NCBI GenBank assembly: GCA_950097015.1
Contig: CATNEN010000001.1
Span: 10,788,001-10,852,000, forward strand
Length of the DNA: 64,000 bases
Source: Macrostomum hystrix
Taxonomy: Eukaryota; Animalia; Platyhelminthes
Direction: 5' to 3'
Under the pieces are notes generated by a model, which was given only the letters and a program-made list of their open reading frames with translations, was not told the origin of the DNA and ran no database searches. Made by a program: the position numbers and the translations under genes. Below, in pieces: positions 62,561 through 64,000 of the stretch. Numbering within the stretch: the first letter of the stretch is position 1; each line of letters begins with the position of its first letter.

Positions 62561-62917
62561 CCCTCCCGTGCTTCAGGAGCTGTGTTTCAGGCCCTTAGAC
62601 CAGATCTTTACTCAGGCGTTTCCCGGATTGTATGCTGAGCTTCGACTCAGGAAAATGAGTGATACAAGGCGCTTAATTCTGATACAAATCTTGTTTGGCT
62701 AGTTATTATTATTATTGTTATTATTATTATCATTATACCATAGAAACGGTTATTAAAACACGTTGTGCGGAGTTGTGCCGAAAATCCGCCTGTATTTATA
62801 GTAATTGGGATGTGATAAAGCTTTTTTTAAAATAAAATATTTTGTCAGCTTAGAAAAACATAATGTAGAATATTTTTATGCGCTCGTATTATCGAATGCG
62901 CATAAAATACTACTTAC

Positions 62918-64000
62918 AGTAAAATATATCTCTTCCAGAGACGCCTTGTGCTTGTCCAGAAGTTGCAGTCTGTCCTGAATCCATCGCGCTACAAGTAAAT
63001 GATAGGATTTTAGTCATGTCTAATACATCATTTGATGTCATATATTGACAAACAGAGATCTGATACACATGCTGTCTCTGATATTAGTTCCTAAGACTAG
63101 ACATACCGCTTTGGAGCAGATAAGCAACGTTTGAGCGCCAGATGTAATGAGCCAGCGTGTAAGTACGCCGGTCGATGCGCATCTCTTTTAGGTGAGGCCC
63201 GTATGGCCTAAAAGCAGTGTTTAGTCTTTCGCAGTGCTCGCCATCGGTCAGTCCGCAGCCTTTAACGAAGCGCACTGAATTTCGGAGCTGAAGAAAGAGT
63301 TTTTTATCATGTAAACATTTTAAAGCTTAAAATAGTTCTCTAACTTTTCTAGATTTTTGTATTTACAAAGCAGTGACAGTGAAGGGGGCTAAAATAAAAG
63401 CTCAAGAGTTTAGTGAGTCTGGCGATAACCAAACTGTACCCAACTCAGGTCATGTCTATTTGTAAAGGGCTCTCCATAAGCGACAGGCGCTATTTTTTGT
63501 CAGAATTTCGGTGCGGGCCGCCCTCCCTAATTCCAACCTGGTGTCATAAAAGAAGATTTATTGTAGAAAAATCTTAAGCATGGCTTTCTAGAAATTTGAA
63601 AAAATGAGAGAGACTTCCATACCCGACAGGATGTCTTGTGGCCATAGGCATGGAAAGCATTTACGGCGGGAATGATACTGGAGACAGCGGAATCCATTTT
63701 GATGCGCCATAAACGAGAGGTCATTTCACAGGCCACGTCGTAGATAAAAATAACATTTCCGTTAGTACCACTTCTGTCCAGAAAAGAACGGAGGCAAGTT
63801 TCTGGGTAGATAAGGCGCTCCCCAGGAGTACGAATGTCCGAGCATGCGACAATGACGGAATGGCGGCATGACAAGAGATAAAGGGCGTGGACGTCTAGGG
63901 CGTGGCAGCCGATTCGCCGAGCCGAGATACCCGCTCGCCAATTAGGACAACTTAGCGGATCAGGGGCGTCACCAGCATCAATGCTCTGGATTGGAACATG
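62918..64000 (-). CDS. KDZ (Kyakuja-Dileera-Zisupton) transposase, partial; exons >64000-63623, 63287-63107 and probably ~62989-62918
   Basis: SCRH..GERLIYP; YDVAC; FHAYGHKTSC; GCGLTDGEHCER..LKEM. Splice sites keep the frame. Confidence 0.85.

Overview
Eukaryotic, probably invertebrate, DNA: GT-AG introns and TATA/CCAAT promoters; the species cannot be determined. The window is almost entirely nested mobile elements. (1) 1-11369: the 3' part of a satellite-rich Helitron-like unit carrying an intact 3-exon RPA1-like ssDNA-binding gene and a divergent small RGG/CCHC/Q45 ORF. It is fused head-to-tail (CTAG|TC) to the next element. (2) 11370-30880: a complete Helitron whose 8-exon STPR-OTU-Rep-PIF1 gene reconstructs to 1690 aa. 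It is interrupted by two full-length non-LTR retrotransposons (LOA-like and RTE-like), each with a 13-bp TSD and each starting exactly at G1 of an atypical HDV-like ribozyme. (3) 30.9-48.4 kb: small ORFs (HTH, USP-like), MITEs, a hAT>Copia>solo-LTR nest, a decayed second LOA-like element with an inverted ribozyme-bearing 5' piece, and a 179-bp satellite. (4) 48.7-53.0 kb: a decayed Polinton/adintovirus block (pPolB, adenain protease, membrane protein). (5) ~54.9-62.4 kb: a Helentron/Helitron2-type element encoding a ~2039-aa USP-Rep-PIF1 fusion. (6) 62.9-64 kb: a partial KDZ transposase. All calls were made by eye from motifs; no database searches were run.
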